Positions 36,652-45,045 of a stretch of DNA of 64,000 nucleotides are shown here, piece by piece. A program made the position numbers and the translations under genes. Position 1 is the first letter of the stretch. Each line of letters begins with the position of its first letter. The stretch covers positions 136,821 through 200,820 of the forward strand of contig JAIPIB010000001.1 of the NCBI GenBank assembly GCA_021734905.1, in the 5' to 3' direction. This DNA comes from Minisyncoccota bacterium. Lineage in GTDB: Bacteria > Patescibacteriota > Minisyncoccia > Phycocordibacterales > UBA918. The notes beneath the pieces were generated by a model. It saw only the letters and a program-made list of their open reading frames with translations. It made no database searches and was not told the DNA's origin.

Positions 36652-37719
36652 ATGAAAAATAATATTAAGACAAGTAGCAAAATGAGTACCTGGATGTATG
36701 TGTGTCTTACTGCGCTCATGCTTATGGTTGGACTCTATATAATTCTTCCTTCATTCGTATTAACAGAAAGAGTTGAGCGTGTTGTGTATACCACAATGAA
36801 TGCTGATGCGTTTGGTGGAGGTGGAGGTGGTGGTGGTGGTGGAGGTGGTGGTGGAGGCGATGCAGGTCCTGGTGTCGGAGACGCCGGCAGCGTTGGTGGA
36901 GGAGAAGGCGGAGTTGGAGTTTCTGCAGCTGCTGCACCAGCTGCGCCTAGTTCCCCTGCATCTGGAGGAGAAGGTGGGGTTGGGTCAAGCGTAGGAGCTT
37001 CAGGAGCATCTGGAGGAGAAGGTGGAGTTGGGTCAAGCGTAGGAGCTTCAGGAGCATCTGGAGGAGAAGGCGGAGTTGGGTCAAGCGTAGGAGACTCATC
37101 TAGTGTAGGTTCCTCTGGAGACACTGGAGGAGCTGGAGATACTACCTTGGCACTTGCTCCAGTCGTACCACCAGTAGTGCCTCCAGTCGTACCACCAGTA
37201 GTGCCTCCAGTAGTACCTCCAGTGGTTCCACCCGGAGGTGGAGGAGGGGGTGGCAGTAGTAGTGGTGGAGGTGGAGGAGGTTCAAGCTCACCTCGATGTG
37301 TTTTTACGGTTTCTGACAACGTTATCACTCTAGGTCAAACAGTAACGCTTTCATGGAATAACACGAGAACAAATAACATTACTATCATTGACAGTCTTGG
37401 TATTGTTTTTGTCGACACTGTTAACGCACCGATTTTTGATGAAGATACAGGAAGTGTCACCATTACTCCGATTCAATCAACAACATATACACTTACAGCA
37501 ATACGTGGAGCACGTACTCGAGATTGTTCCGTGGATGTTTCAATCGTGGATTTAAATAGTGCGAGATCTCAAGATGGAATTTCTCTATCTCGAGTCCCTT
37601 ATACCGGCATTGGAACAAATCTTTCTATAGTATTCTTTGGCGGTGTTGCGGCATGGCTTGCATCTGTAGGATACGCTCTCCATATTCGACGCAGAAAAGT
37701 AGTTACGGAAAAAATATAA
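36652..37719 (+). CDS. Surface protein with an N-terminal TM/signal, a very long Gly/Ser/Ala/Pro low-complexity region built from DNA tandem repeats, and one Ig-like Cys-pair domain. It ends in a 'VPYTG' + TM + 'RRRK' sortase-type sorting signal.
   Basis: '...SQDGISLSRVPYTGIGTNLSIVFFGGVAAWLASVGYALHIRRRKVVTEKI*'. The Ig-like domain is homologous to those in 33513-35060. 'GGEGGVGSSVGASGAS' occurs 3 times, 'VVPP' 6 times, and the Gly run is 14 residues. Confidence 0.6.
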   Translation: MKNNIKTSSKMSTWMYVCLTALMLMVGLYIILPSFVLTERVERVVYTTMNADAFGGGGGGGGGGGGGGGDAGPGVGDAGSVGGGEGGVGVSAAAAPAAPSSPASGGEGGVGSSVGASGASGGEGGVGSSVGASGASGGEGGVGSSVGDSSSVGSSGDTGGAGDTTLALAPVVPPVVPPVVPPVVPPVVPPVVPPGGGGGGGSSSGGGGGGSSSPRCVFTVSDNVITLGQTVTLSWNNTRTNNITIIDSLGIVFVDTVNAPIFDEDTGSVTITPIQSTTYTLTAIRGARTRDCSVDVSIVDLNSARSQDGISLSRVPYTGIGTNLSIVFFGGVAAWLASVGYALHIRRRKVVTEKI

Positions 37720-37734
37720 AGATAAGATTATAAT

Positions 37735-37766
37735 AAAAAACACAAGGCGCTGCCTTGTGTTTTTTA
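37735..37766. terminator. Bidirectional terminator between the VPYTG-protein gene (+) and thrS (-).
   Basis: 'aaaaaacacaaggcgctgccttgtgtttttt'. Confidence 0.7.
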
Positions 37767-37786
37767 TTTGCAGAGAGCCAGACTGC

Positions 37787-39550
37787 CTATAGAATTTTTG
37801 CTTCTATTTCAGTAATAAGATGATTGCCAAGTCTGCTCAGTGACATCTCTACAGATTCTCCTTTTCGTGATTCGAGAGTAACATTTTTCGCCTCAACTTC
37901 TTTGTCTCCGACAACAACAAAGTACGGAAGTCTGTCTTTTTTTGCGTTTCGAATTTTCTTCCCCATAGATTCGTTTGAGGTATCGAGAGAAGCACGAATT
38001 CCAATTGCTTTAAGCTCTGTGTAGATTTGTGCTGCGTACGCGTTATGTACTTCAGAAACAGGGATAATTTTGATTTGTTCTGGAGAAAGCCAGAGTGGGA
38101 AGTTGCCGCCAAAATGTTCAATAAGGAACGCTACAAACCTTTCGTGAGTAGAGAGTGGTGCGCGATGGATTACGAATACGTCGGTAGCTTTTTGACCATC
38201 GGCACCAATGTATGACAAACCAAATCGTTCTTTTGCAATGAAGTCGAGTTGGATTGTTGACATTGTTTCTTCTCGGCCAATAATGGATTTAAATTGTACG
38301 TCAACTTTAGGGCCGTAAAATGCAGCTTCATCGTCAACTTCGATGAACTTAACTCTCATTTCAACCAGTACCTCGCGGATAACGCTTTCAGCATGTTCCC
38401 AACTTTCAGGCTCATCAAAATATTTATCCATACGGTTTGGGTCCCATTTCGAAAGGCGGAACCAATAATCAGTGAGACCAAATGTCTTAAAATGATTCAT
38501 GGTGAGCTCTAGGACAGATTTGAATTCTTCTTTTATCTGATCTTTTCTGCAGTAGATATGTGCGTCATTCATATCGAGTCCACGAACGCGAAGAAGGCCT
38601 GCGAGTGTCCCAGAACGTTCATTGCGATATACGGTACCGTACTCCGCGAGTCGAATAGGGAAGTCGCGATAACTTTTTGGCGCATGCTGAAATATTCGGT
38701 GATGATGTGGACAGTTCATTGCTCTGAGGTAATAGGTTCCATCATCCATCTCCATTGGAGGGTACATGTCTTCTTTATAGTATGGAAGGTGCCCTGACGT
38801 TAGAAAAAGTTCTTCCTTTGCAATATGTGGTGTACTTACACGCTCGTATCCAGCTTTTCGTTCTGACTCAATAGCAAAAGTTTCTATTTCAGATTTAATG
38901 ATATTTCCTTTTGGCAACCACATGACGAGGCCTTTACCAACCATTTCATCTATAAAAAACAACTCCATTTCTTGACCAATCTTTCTATGGTCACGTTTTT
39001 TTGCCTCCTCTAGTTGAGCTAGATAGGCGCCAAGCTCATCTTTTGTGTTGAATGCAAGTCCATAGATACGGGTAAGCATCGGATTTTTTTCACTCCCGCG
39101 CCAGTATGCACCAGCGAGCGAAGTGAGTCTAAATGAATCAATATCAATATCGGTTGATGGAGAGTCACAGTGACCACCACGACAGAGATCGGTAAACTCA
39201 AAATGACCTTCACCTACGGTATAGAGAGTAATTTCTTCACCAGCTTTCTCAAGCTCATCGATGAGTTCTGTCTTGTAGAGATTATCTTTGAAAGTTTCTC
39301 GAGCTTCATCTGCAGTTACACTTTTATGTGAAAAATTTTTCCATGAAGAAAGTGCCTTCTTCATATTTTTTTCGATATTTTTTATATCATCATCTTTTGG
39401 GGCGGGTCCACCACTAAAATCAAAATCATAGTAGAAACCATTTTCGATAGCGGGGCCAATAGTAGGAAGAGCATGAGGGAAATCTCTCCGTATTGCGAGG
39501 GCAAGGAGGTGTGCGAGAGTGTGTCTTTTGTATTCCAGATTTTTATCCAT
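37787..39550 (-). CDS. thrS: Threonine--tRNA ligase (no N-terminal TGS domain; editing-domain HxxxH/CxxxH motifs present).
   Basis: 'RHTLAHLLA' and 'CRGGHC' editing motifs. 'DHRKIGQEMELF' and 'AMNCPHHHRIFQH...FPIRLAEYGTVYRNERSGTLAGLLRVRGLDMNDAHIY' are class II motifs. Confidence 0.9.
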   Translation of the reverse strand: MDKNLEYKRHTLAHLLALAIRRDFPHALPTIGPAIENGFYYDFDFSGGPAPKDDDIKNIEKNMKKALSSWKNFSHKSVTADEARETFKDNLYKTELIDELEKAGEEITLYTVGEGHFEFTDLCRGGHCDSPSTDIDIDSFRLTSLAGAYWRGSEKNPMLTRIYGLAFNTKDELGAYLAQLEEAKKRDHRKIGQEMELFFIDEMVGKGLVMWLPKGNIIKSEIETFAIESERKAGYERVSTPHIAKEELFLTSGHLPYYKEDMYPPMEMDDGTYYLRAMNCPHHHRIFQHAPKSYRDFPIRLAEYGTVYRNERSGTLAGLLRVRGLDMNDAHIYCRKDQIKEEFKSVLELTMNHFKTFGLTDYWFRLSKWDPNRMDKYFDEPESWEHAESVIREVLVEMRVKFIEVDDEAAFYGPKVDVQFKSIIGREETMSTIQLDFIAKERFGLSYIGADGQKATDVFVIHRAPLSTHERFVAFLIEHFGGNFPLWLSPEQIKIIPVSEVHNAYAAQIYTELKAIGIRASLDTSNESMGKKIRNAKKDRLPYFVVVGDKEVEAKNVTLESRKGESVEMSLSRLGNHLITEIEAKIL

Positions 39551-39704
39551 ATTACTTTGGGAGCTGTTCGCTGGAAAATTTCTTTGTCAAAACTTTGATT
39601 TTTTCCTTCATCATACGTAGAAGTATGTCTCAGTCACAAATCTTGTTTTTCCTCGAACTTTCCTCAGCGGACAGCTCCCTGGTTATTTGTACTATTAATA
39701 TATA

Positions 39705-39905
39705 ACGAAAAAACGTCCGAGCAAAAATACGCCTTCGTCGTTTTTTTGCCCGGACGATCTTTGCATTTCTGCAAGCCGCGGTTCCACCGAGCTTCCGGTT
39801 TATGGCCGACGCTTTATTCACAGATTAGGGAAGAGAATCTTCCGCACTATTCCAGTTAACTGGAATAGTGGTACTGGCGGTTGGTAGGCGCCACAACTTC
39901 TGTCC
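39705..39905 (-). promoter_or_regulatory. Probable T-box riboswitch leader (Thr-specific) upstream of thrS, with intrinsic terminator.
   Basis: Minus-strand RNA contains 'agcucGGUGGAACCGCGGcuug', matching the T-box core GGUGGNACCGCG. Its variable base A is complementary to the U discriminator of the tRNA-Thr in this window. Hairpin 'uggcg-ccuACCAac-cgcca' exposes an ACC (Thr) codon followed by A. Downstream 14-bp terminator 'cguccgggcaaaaa...uuuuugcucggacg' + UUUUUU (plus 39708-39756). Candidate promoter 'ttgaca-16-taggat' at about 39905-39935. Confidence 0.5.
39845..39870. repeat. Palindrome 'cactattccagttaactggaatagtg', member (a) of the TTCCAGTTAACTGGAA palindrome family. It lies inside the thrS leader.
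   Basis: Perfect 26-nt palindrome. The same 16-nt core is at 47297-47312 and 54190-54205. Confidence 0.6.
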
Positions 39906-39953
39906 TATATATCCTAGCGTGTTCGTCGGTATTGTCAATGATGCCTTGGATGT

Positions 39954-42900
39954 CTATTCTGTTGTGAGTTCTTTCGGTGTTAGATCTTTTAGTCGCTCAA
40001 TAACGATGGTTGGTTCCTCGTTCCTCATTGATAGTTTTCCCTGGAGTGCAACACATGATCCAGGAATAAGGAGACTTTGATGAGCCCTATATATTTCTGG
40101 AAAAGCGACGAGTTCGATATTTTCTATTCCATCACTGAGAATAACAAATGCCATACGGTCACCTTTCTTTGTAAGAAGCTCACGTACTGTCTCAATCATT
40201 CCTGCAGTCACTACAGGAATGCCATTGCGTGTTTCTTTTTTAAGGACGCCAATACGTGGACGCTTTGCCAACTCTTCCTTGAATGCATCAAGTGGATGTC
40301 CTGAAACATACACGCCCAGAAGTTCTTTTTCCCAAAGTAACTTTTCTCCTTTTGCTGCTGGGGCCCCTGGTTCAAGTGTGAGTGTAAGGACTGATGATCC
40401 AGCAAGATTACCAAAGAGTGAGTCCTGGGCAGATTCCTTTCCGTGTAAGTGTTCTTTATGGTAGGCGAGTATTGTTTCGAGGTTGTGCATCATCGTTCCA
40501 CGTTCTTCAAAGCAATCAAATGATCCAGACATGATGAGTGCTTCAAGTGATTTTTTGTTGAGGTTCTTACTGGTCACGCGAGACAAAAAATCCTGTAGTG
40601 ATTGGTACGGGCCATTTTCTTTTCGCTCATCAATGATTGACTCCGCAATACCTTCACCAAAATTTTTGATGGTTGTGAGTCCGAATCTGATTTTAGCATT
40701 CACCTCATACCCCAGGGCACCCTCTCTGCCTTCGGCATTCACCTTGTCTTTTGCGGGAACGACAGAAAAAGGCCCGAAACTTTCATTAATGTCAGGGGGA
40801 AGTACTTCGATATCCATTCGGACACACTCGTGGATAATCTCTGAGATTTTTTCTGTATCACCAGCGTCAGCAGTGAGTACGGCTGACATATATTCAACAG
40901 GGTAGTTCGCCTTCATGTAGGCTGTCTGGTATGCGACTCGTCCATAGCTTGCTGCGTGAGCCTTGTTAAAACCATACGCGGCAAATGGCTCAATGAGTTT
41001 CCAGAGTTTGTCAGCGTGTGCTGAACTGAGTTTTCCATGCTCGGTAAATCCTTTCAGAAGTTTTTCTTTCTCAGCTTCCATCACTGCAGGAATTTTTTTA
41101 CCCATTGCTTTTCGGAGCATGTCAGCTTCAAGCCACGAGTATCCAGCAAGTTCACGAGCAATCATCATGACGTCATCTTGATAGGTTATAACCCCGTATG
41201 ATCGATCGAGAATTTTTTCAAGTCGTGGATCGATGTAGGTAATAAGTGAAGCGTTGTGTTTTCTTTCGATATATTGTGGAATCGATTCCATAGGACCTGG
41301 GCGATATAGTGCAACCATCGCATTAATATCGTGGATGCTTGTTGGGCGAAGTTGTTTAAGAAAAGCTGTCATTCCAGTCCCATTGAGCTGGAAGAGCCCC
41401 ATTGTTTCTCCTCGAGCAAGCATCTCAAAGGTCTTGATGTCATCAACGTGGATTTTTTCAATATCAACTTCAACTCCATGAATTATGCGCACACGACGCA
41501 CTGCCTCTGCAAGAATAGAGAGATTTTTGATACCGAGGAAGTCAAATTTAAGAAGACCAACCCCGTCTTCACCTACGGAGTGCATTTCATATTGCGTAAT
41601 AAGCTTGCCTGACTTTGGATCTGGTTGAAGTGGTACAAATTCAGTAAGTGCCTGAGGTGCAATAACGACGCCGGCAGCATGTACACCAACGTGTCGAACA
41701 CGACCTTCAATTTGTTTTGCTAGATCAATGACTTCTTTTGTGTCAGGATCTTTTTTGTAGAGTTCTTTAAGGTCAGGCTCAATCTCTAAAGCTTTTTCGA
41801 TTGTCATAGGAAACCCTTGGCTTCCAATTGGGATGAGCTTGGCTATACGGTCGCCGGTTGAGTAGGGATGACCAAGTGCACGAGCAACGTCTCTTACTGC
41901 AGCTCGTGCCATCATTGTTCCGAATGTGCCAATCTGCGCAACGTTATCTGTACCGTACATAGCTCGAGCGTAATCAATGATTTCATCGCGACGATTGTCG
42001 GCATAATCCATGTCGATATCTGGCGCCGAAGGACGTTCTGGGTTAAGGAATCGTTCAAAGGGGAGCTTGTATTCAAGTGGGTCTACGTTCGTAATACCAA
42101 GTACGTATGTCGTGAGAGATCCTGCGACAGACCCTCGAATTGTTGTAAGGATTTTTCGCTCACGTGCTTCTCGGATGAGATCTCCAACCACAAGAAAGTA
42201 TTTTGCGTAACCTTTCATTTTAATGACCCCCAATTCATAGTCGAGACGTTCCTTTACGATTGGGTCATCAAGTGAGAGTCCTCGCCACGCAACTCCTGCA
42301 TAGGCAGTATCGGTAAGTTCGGTATCAGGCTCTTTTCCACTTTTAATTTTGTAGTCAGGGAAGTACCACGTTGAGCCGAGACTCATCTCAACGGTACATT
42401 CTGAAGCAATCTCCACAGAGTGCTTGAGGGCTTGTCTTTCGATATCAGTATGAAAAAGTTCTTTTGCTTTTTCTTGCGATATAAATGAAAAATTTGGAGC
42501 AAGTTCGCCTTCTGTGTCTTGTGTTTCCACAACGCCACCGCTCTGAATTTTAATCATGGTCTCGCGTGCGAGGTAGTCACTTTGGTTGAGATAGTACACA
42601 TCGTGGGCAGCAACTAGTTTTGTATTTGTTTTTATACCAAGATCAATAATATTTTTCTGAAGTTCCTCATGGTCCTTGATTTCTGGATGGTGAGTAATTT
42701 CGAGGTAGCAATCATCTCCGAAAATACCTTTGTACCAATCGAGTGTCGCCTCAGCTTGTTCGTGTGCAGAATCTTTGAGAGCAAGGACGGGCTCGCCACT
42801 GAATGAAGGGATAATACATATGAGACTGTCATGAAGTTTTGAAATAAGGTCATGGTCAACACGCGGTCGATAGTAGAAGCCATGAACATACGATTCAGTT

Positions 42901-43259
42901 ACCATCTTGATGAGGTTTTTGTACCCCTCATTATTTTTTGCAAGAAAGATTACCTGCCCGCGTGGTTTGTCGATTCCTGCATCTTTATCAAATCGTGTGC
43001 GTGGAGCAAGGTGCGTATCAATACCGATAATTGGTTTGATATTTTCTTTCGTGCAGGCTTTGTAGAAATTAATGGCACCATAGAGACCACCGTTGTCGGT
43101 GAGGGCAAGTGCGGGCATGTCGTACTCCTTTGCACGTTGCACGAGCTCTTTTGGTGTTGGAAGCGCGTTTAAAAGAGAATAGTGTGAGTGCGTATGGAGG
43201 TGAATAAAATCAGCTTTGAGGGTATTTTGGGGTGCGTTCTTATTGCTCATAGTAAGCAT
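39954..43259 (-). CDS. dnaE: DNA polymerase III alpha subunit.
   Basis: PHP 'IHLHTHSHYSLLNALPTPKELVQRAKEYDMPALALTDNGGLYGA'. The polymerase core is conserved throughout. Start set at 'MLTMSNKNAPQ'; the open frame extends to 43406. Confidence 0.9.
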   Translation of the reverse strand: MLTMSNKNAPQNTLKADFIHLHTHSHYSLLNALPTPKELVQRAKEYDMPALALTDNGGLYGAINFYKACTKENIKPIIGIDTHLAPRTRFDKDAGIDKPRGQVIFLAKNNEGYKNLIKMVTESYVHGFYYRPRVDHDLISKLHDSLICIIPSFSGEPVLALKDSAHEQAEATLDWYKGIFGDDCYLEITHHPEIKDHEELQKNIIDLGIKTNTKLVAAHDVYYLNQSDYLARETMIKIQSGGVVETQDTEGELAPNFSFISQEKAKELFHTDIERQALKHSVEIASECTVEMSLGSTWYFPDYKIKSGKEPDTELTDTAYAGVAWRGLSLDDPIVKERLDYELGVIKMKGYAKYFLVVGDLIREARERKILTTIRGSVAGSLTTYVLGITNVDPLEYKLPFERFLNPERPSAPDIDMDYADNRRDEIIDYARAMYGTDNVAQIGTFGTMMARAAVRDVARALGHPYSTGDRIAKLIPIGSQGFPMTIEKALEIEPDLKELYKKDPDTKEVIDLAKQIEGRVRHVGVHAAGVVIAPQALTEFVPLQPDPKSGKLITQYEMHSVGEDGVGLLKFDFLGIKNLSILAEAVRRVRIIHGVEVDIEKIHVDDIKTFEMLARGETMGLFQLNGTGMTAFLKQLRPTSIHDINAMVALYRPGPMESIPQYIERKHNASLITYIDPRLEKILDRSYGVITYQDDVMMIARELAGYSWLEADMLRKAMGKKIPAVMEAEKEKLLKGFTEHGKLSSAHADKLWKLIEPFAAYGFNKAHAASYGRVAYQTAYMKANYPVEYMSAVLTADAGDTEKISEIIHECVRMDIEVLPPDINESFGPFSVVPAKDKVNAEGREGALGYEVNAKIRFGLTTIKNFGEGIAESIIDERKENGPYQSLQDFLSRVTSKNLNKKSLEALIMSGSFDCFEERGTMMHNLETILAYHKEHLHGKESAQDSLFGNLAGSSVLTLTLEPGAPAAKGEKLLWEKELLGVYVSGHPLDAFKEELAKRPRIGVLKKETRNGIPVVTAGMIETVRELLTKKGDRMAFVILSDGIENIELVAFPEIYRAHQSLLIPGSCVALQGKLSMRNEEPTIVIERLKDLTPKELTTE

Positions 43260-43383
43260 ATTGTATAGTAGTGAGATAGTTTGGGAAACTATCTCACGAC
43301 CTTGAGCAATTTCTGCGAAAGGTGTACATCTCCTGTAAGGAGTGGGTGAAAAGAAAATTGTCTTAAAAAATGGCTTGTTTCTT

Positions 43384-43482
43384 ATGAAATCTAAACTAAA
43401 ATACATTGTCGGAATCGATGAAGCCGGTGAGAAGCGAATACATGGAGCTTCGCAAGAGGTTGTCTGCTATTTTGAAGTATGA
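43384..43482 (+). pseudogene. Short ORF that is a diverged duplicate of the rnhB 5' end ('MKSKLKYIVGIDEAGEKRIHGASQ...'), located 60 bp upstream of the real rnhB.
   Basis: 'atgaaatctaaactaaaatacattgtcggaatcgatgaagccgg' versus rnhB 'atgaataagttaaaatatatatttggaatcgatgaagccgg' (17-nt identical run). It encodes 32 aa then stop and has no RNase H catalytic residues beyond DEAG. Confidence 0.35.
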
Positions 43483-43544
43483 GAAATAGCGACAACCTGA
43501 ACAGCTTCTGTTAAGAAGGAGGTCCACAGAAAAATCACTGTCAT

Positions 43545-44171
43545 ATGAATAAGTTAAAATATATATTTGGAATCGATGAAGCCGGCCGAGGCCCACTAGC
43601 TGGCCCCGTTGCAGTGGGGGTCGCCTGTGTTCCTGTTGATTTTGATTGGAGACTAATTCCAGGAGTTAATGACTCAAAGAAAGTTACGGAGAAAAATCGC
43701 TTCGCGATTTTTCTCCGTGCAAAGATGCTTAGGAAACAAAAAATCATTAATTTTTCAGTTTCACTTGTGGGAGCGTCAGTAATTGATCGTATTGGCATCA
43801 CGCAGGCAGTCGCACTTGGTATCTCAAGGTCTCTTCACAAACTAGCTCTTGACCCCTCTACAGCAGATGTGCGACTTGATGGGCTTCTAGAGGCTCCGCA
43901 TGAATATAAACATCAAAAGACGATCATTAAGGGAGATCAAAAAGAAAAGGCGATAGGGCTTGCATCAATTGTTGCGAAAGTGACTCGCGATAGATATATG
44001 GTTCGCACAGCTTCACGTTATCCTCAATATCACTTTGGTATACATAAGGGATACGGAACACTTGTTCATCGAAATCTAATTAAAAAAATTGGAATGTCTG
44101 CATTACATAGAAAAACCTTTTGTAGAAACCTCACTGAGAAGAAGCTTGTGAAGAAGAAGGTTTTGAGATAG
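43545..44171 (+). CDS. rnhB: Ribonuclease HII.
   Basis: 'IFGIDEAGRGPLAGPVAVGV' N-terminal catalytic motif. 'GDQKEKAIGLASIVAKVTRDRYM' and 'HKGYGT' C-terminal motifs. Confidence 0.85.
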   Translation: MNKLKYIFGIDEAGRGPLAGPVAVGVACVPVDFDWRLIPGVNDSKKVTEKNRFAIFLRAKMLRKQKIINFSVSLVGASVIDRIGITQAVALGISRSLHKLALDPSTADVRLDGLLEAPHEYKHQKTIIKGDQKEKAIGLASIVAKVTRDRYMVRTASRYPQYHFGIHKGYGTLVHRNLIKKIGMSALHRKTFCRNLTEKKLVKKKVLR

Positions 44172-44237
44172 TATCAAATTAACGACATACCATTATGGTG
44201 TGTCGTGCATCACCAACAAAAAGAAAAGGAGGTCCAA

Positions 44238-44456
44238 ATGAAAAGTTGTAAAAAGAAAGTAACGCATAGTCCCCAAAGAGGGAACAGGCAGGATATGTTG
44301 TATGTGTGGAGCGATGAAGAGGGCGGATCACATCTGTCTGATCAAAGTTACTACAATAGAAGCGACAATCCTGCGCCATCATGTATGGCAGGAAAAGTTG
44401 TCTTGTATCAGAATCGATGCAAAGAAAAGCATTTGCTCGTGAAGGGTAAACAATAA
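44238..44456 (+). CDS. Hypothetical small Cys-containing protein (73 aa).
   Basis: Strong RBS 'aaaggaggtccaaATG' and a downstream terminator hairpin. Sequence 'MKSCKKKVTHSPQRGNRQDMLYVWSDEEGG...CMAGKVVLYQNRCKEKHLLVKGKQ'. No family recognised. Confidence 0.4.
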   Translation: MKSCKKKVTHSPQRGNRQDMLYVWSDEEGGSHLSDQSYYNRSDNPAPSCMAGKVVLYQNRCKEKHLLVKGKQ

Positions 44457-44483
44457 CAACAAACTCTCTTTAGAGAAAAATGC

Positions 44484-44512
44484 AAAAGTCGAGTATTCGT
44501 ACTCGGCTTTTT
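44484..44512 (+). terminator. Intrinsic terminator after the small Cys protein gene.
   Basis: 'aaaagtcgagtattcgtactcggcttttt'. Confidence 0.55.
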
Positions 44513-44598
44513 CTATAGACAGAGTTAATTTACTATGGTACAGTATCATCTGGTTTGTTCGATTATGAAGTTAGACATTAAGACAAAAGGGAGTAGCG

Positions 44599-44976
44599 AT
44601 GGTACTTTTTAAGTGCGGAAAAGATCCTGTAGTGACGCATTGTGGGACGGCAAAACATATCCAGGAGGAGGTCGTTGCAATGATGAGTGGTGATCTTTCC
44701 AGTGTACGGGCAGTTGTGCACTTCGCTCCTGGTCATGAAGCAGGTAGAGCTGCATTCATTATGACCTTCACAAATCCTAAGAAAACTGAAATGGAGGAAA
44801 AAACAAAAGGAACGATTCGCGGTATCGTCCAGGGCAGTGATTTCAAGGATTGGATCACTGGCGTCCTTGCCCGACGCCATGAATGGGACAACTTCCGAAT
44901 CAGGGTCCCCAGGCGGGAAAAACCGGAAGAATATGTATGGGCGATTGAGCAAAGGTCATTAGCTGCTCGTTCTTGA
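44599..44976 (+). CDS. Hypothetical protein (125 aa).
   Basis: RBS 'aaagggagtagcgATG' and a terminator directly downstream. No recognisable family. Confidence 0.45.
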   Translation: MVLFKCGKDPVVTHCGTAKHIQEEVVAMMSGDLSSVRAVVHFAPGHEAGRAAFIMTFTNPKKTEMEEKTKGTIRGIVQGSDFKDWITGVLARRHEWDNFRIRVPRREKPEEYVWAIEQRSLAARS

Positions 44977-44989
44977 GTTCATGAAGGAA

Positions 44990-45018
44990 GCCGGGTAGAA
45001 GCAATACCCGGCTTTTTT
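44990..45018 (+). terminator. Intrinsic terminator.
   Basis: 'gccgggtagaagcaatacccggctttttt'. Confidence 0.7.
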
Positions 45019-45045
45019 GTTGCTTTTTTTGATAGATTTGGTATA

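Noticed and set aside
36735-37328. 197-aa minus-strand ORF rich in Pro/Gly/Thr inside the second VPYTG-protein gene.
   Set aside because: It is the reverse-complement reading of the Gly/Ser codon repeats and has no start context. The plus-strand frame carries the signal peptide, Ig-like domain and sorting signal.
39559-39680. Treating the 15-bp long-range stem before the thrS AUG as an independent ncRNA gene.
   Set aside because: It lies within the thrS 5' leader downstream of the T-box terminator. It is more parsimoniously part of that leader and is discussed under the T-box finding.
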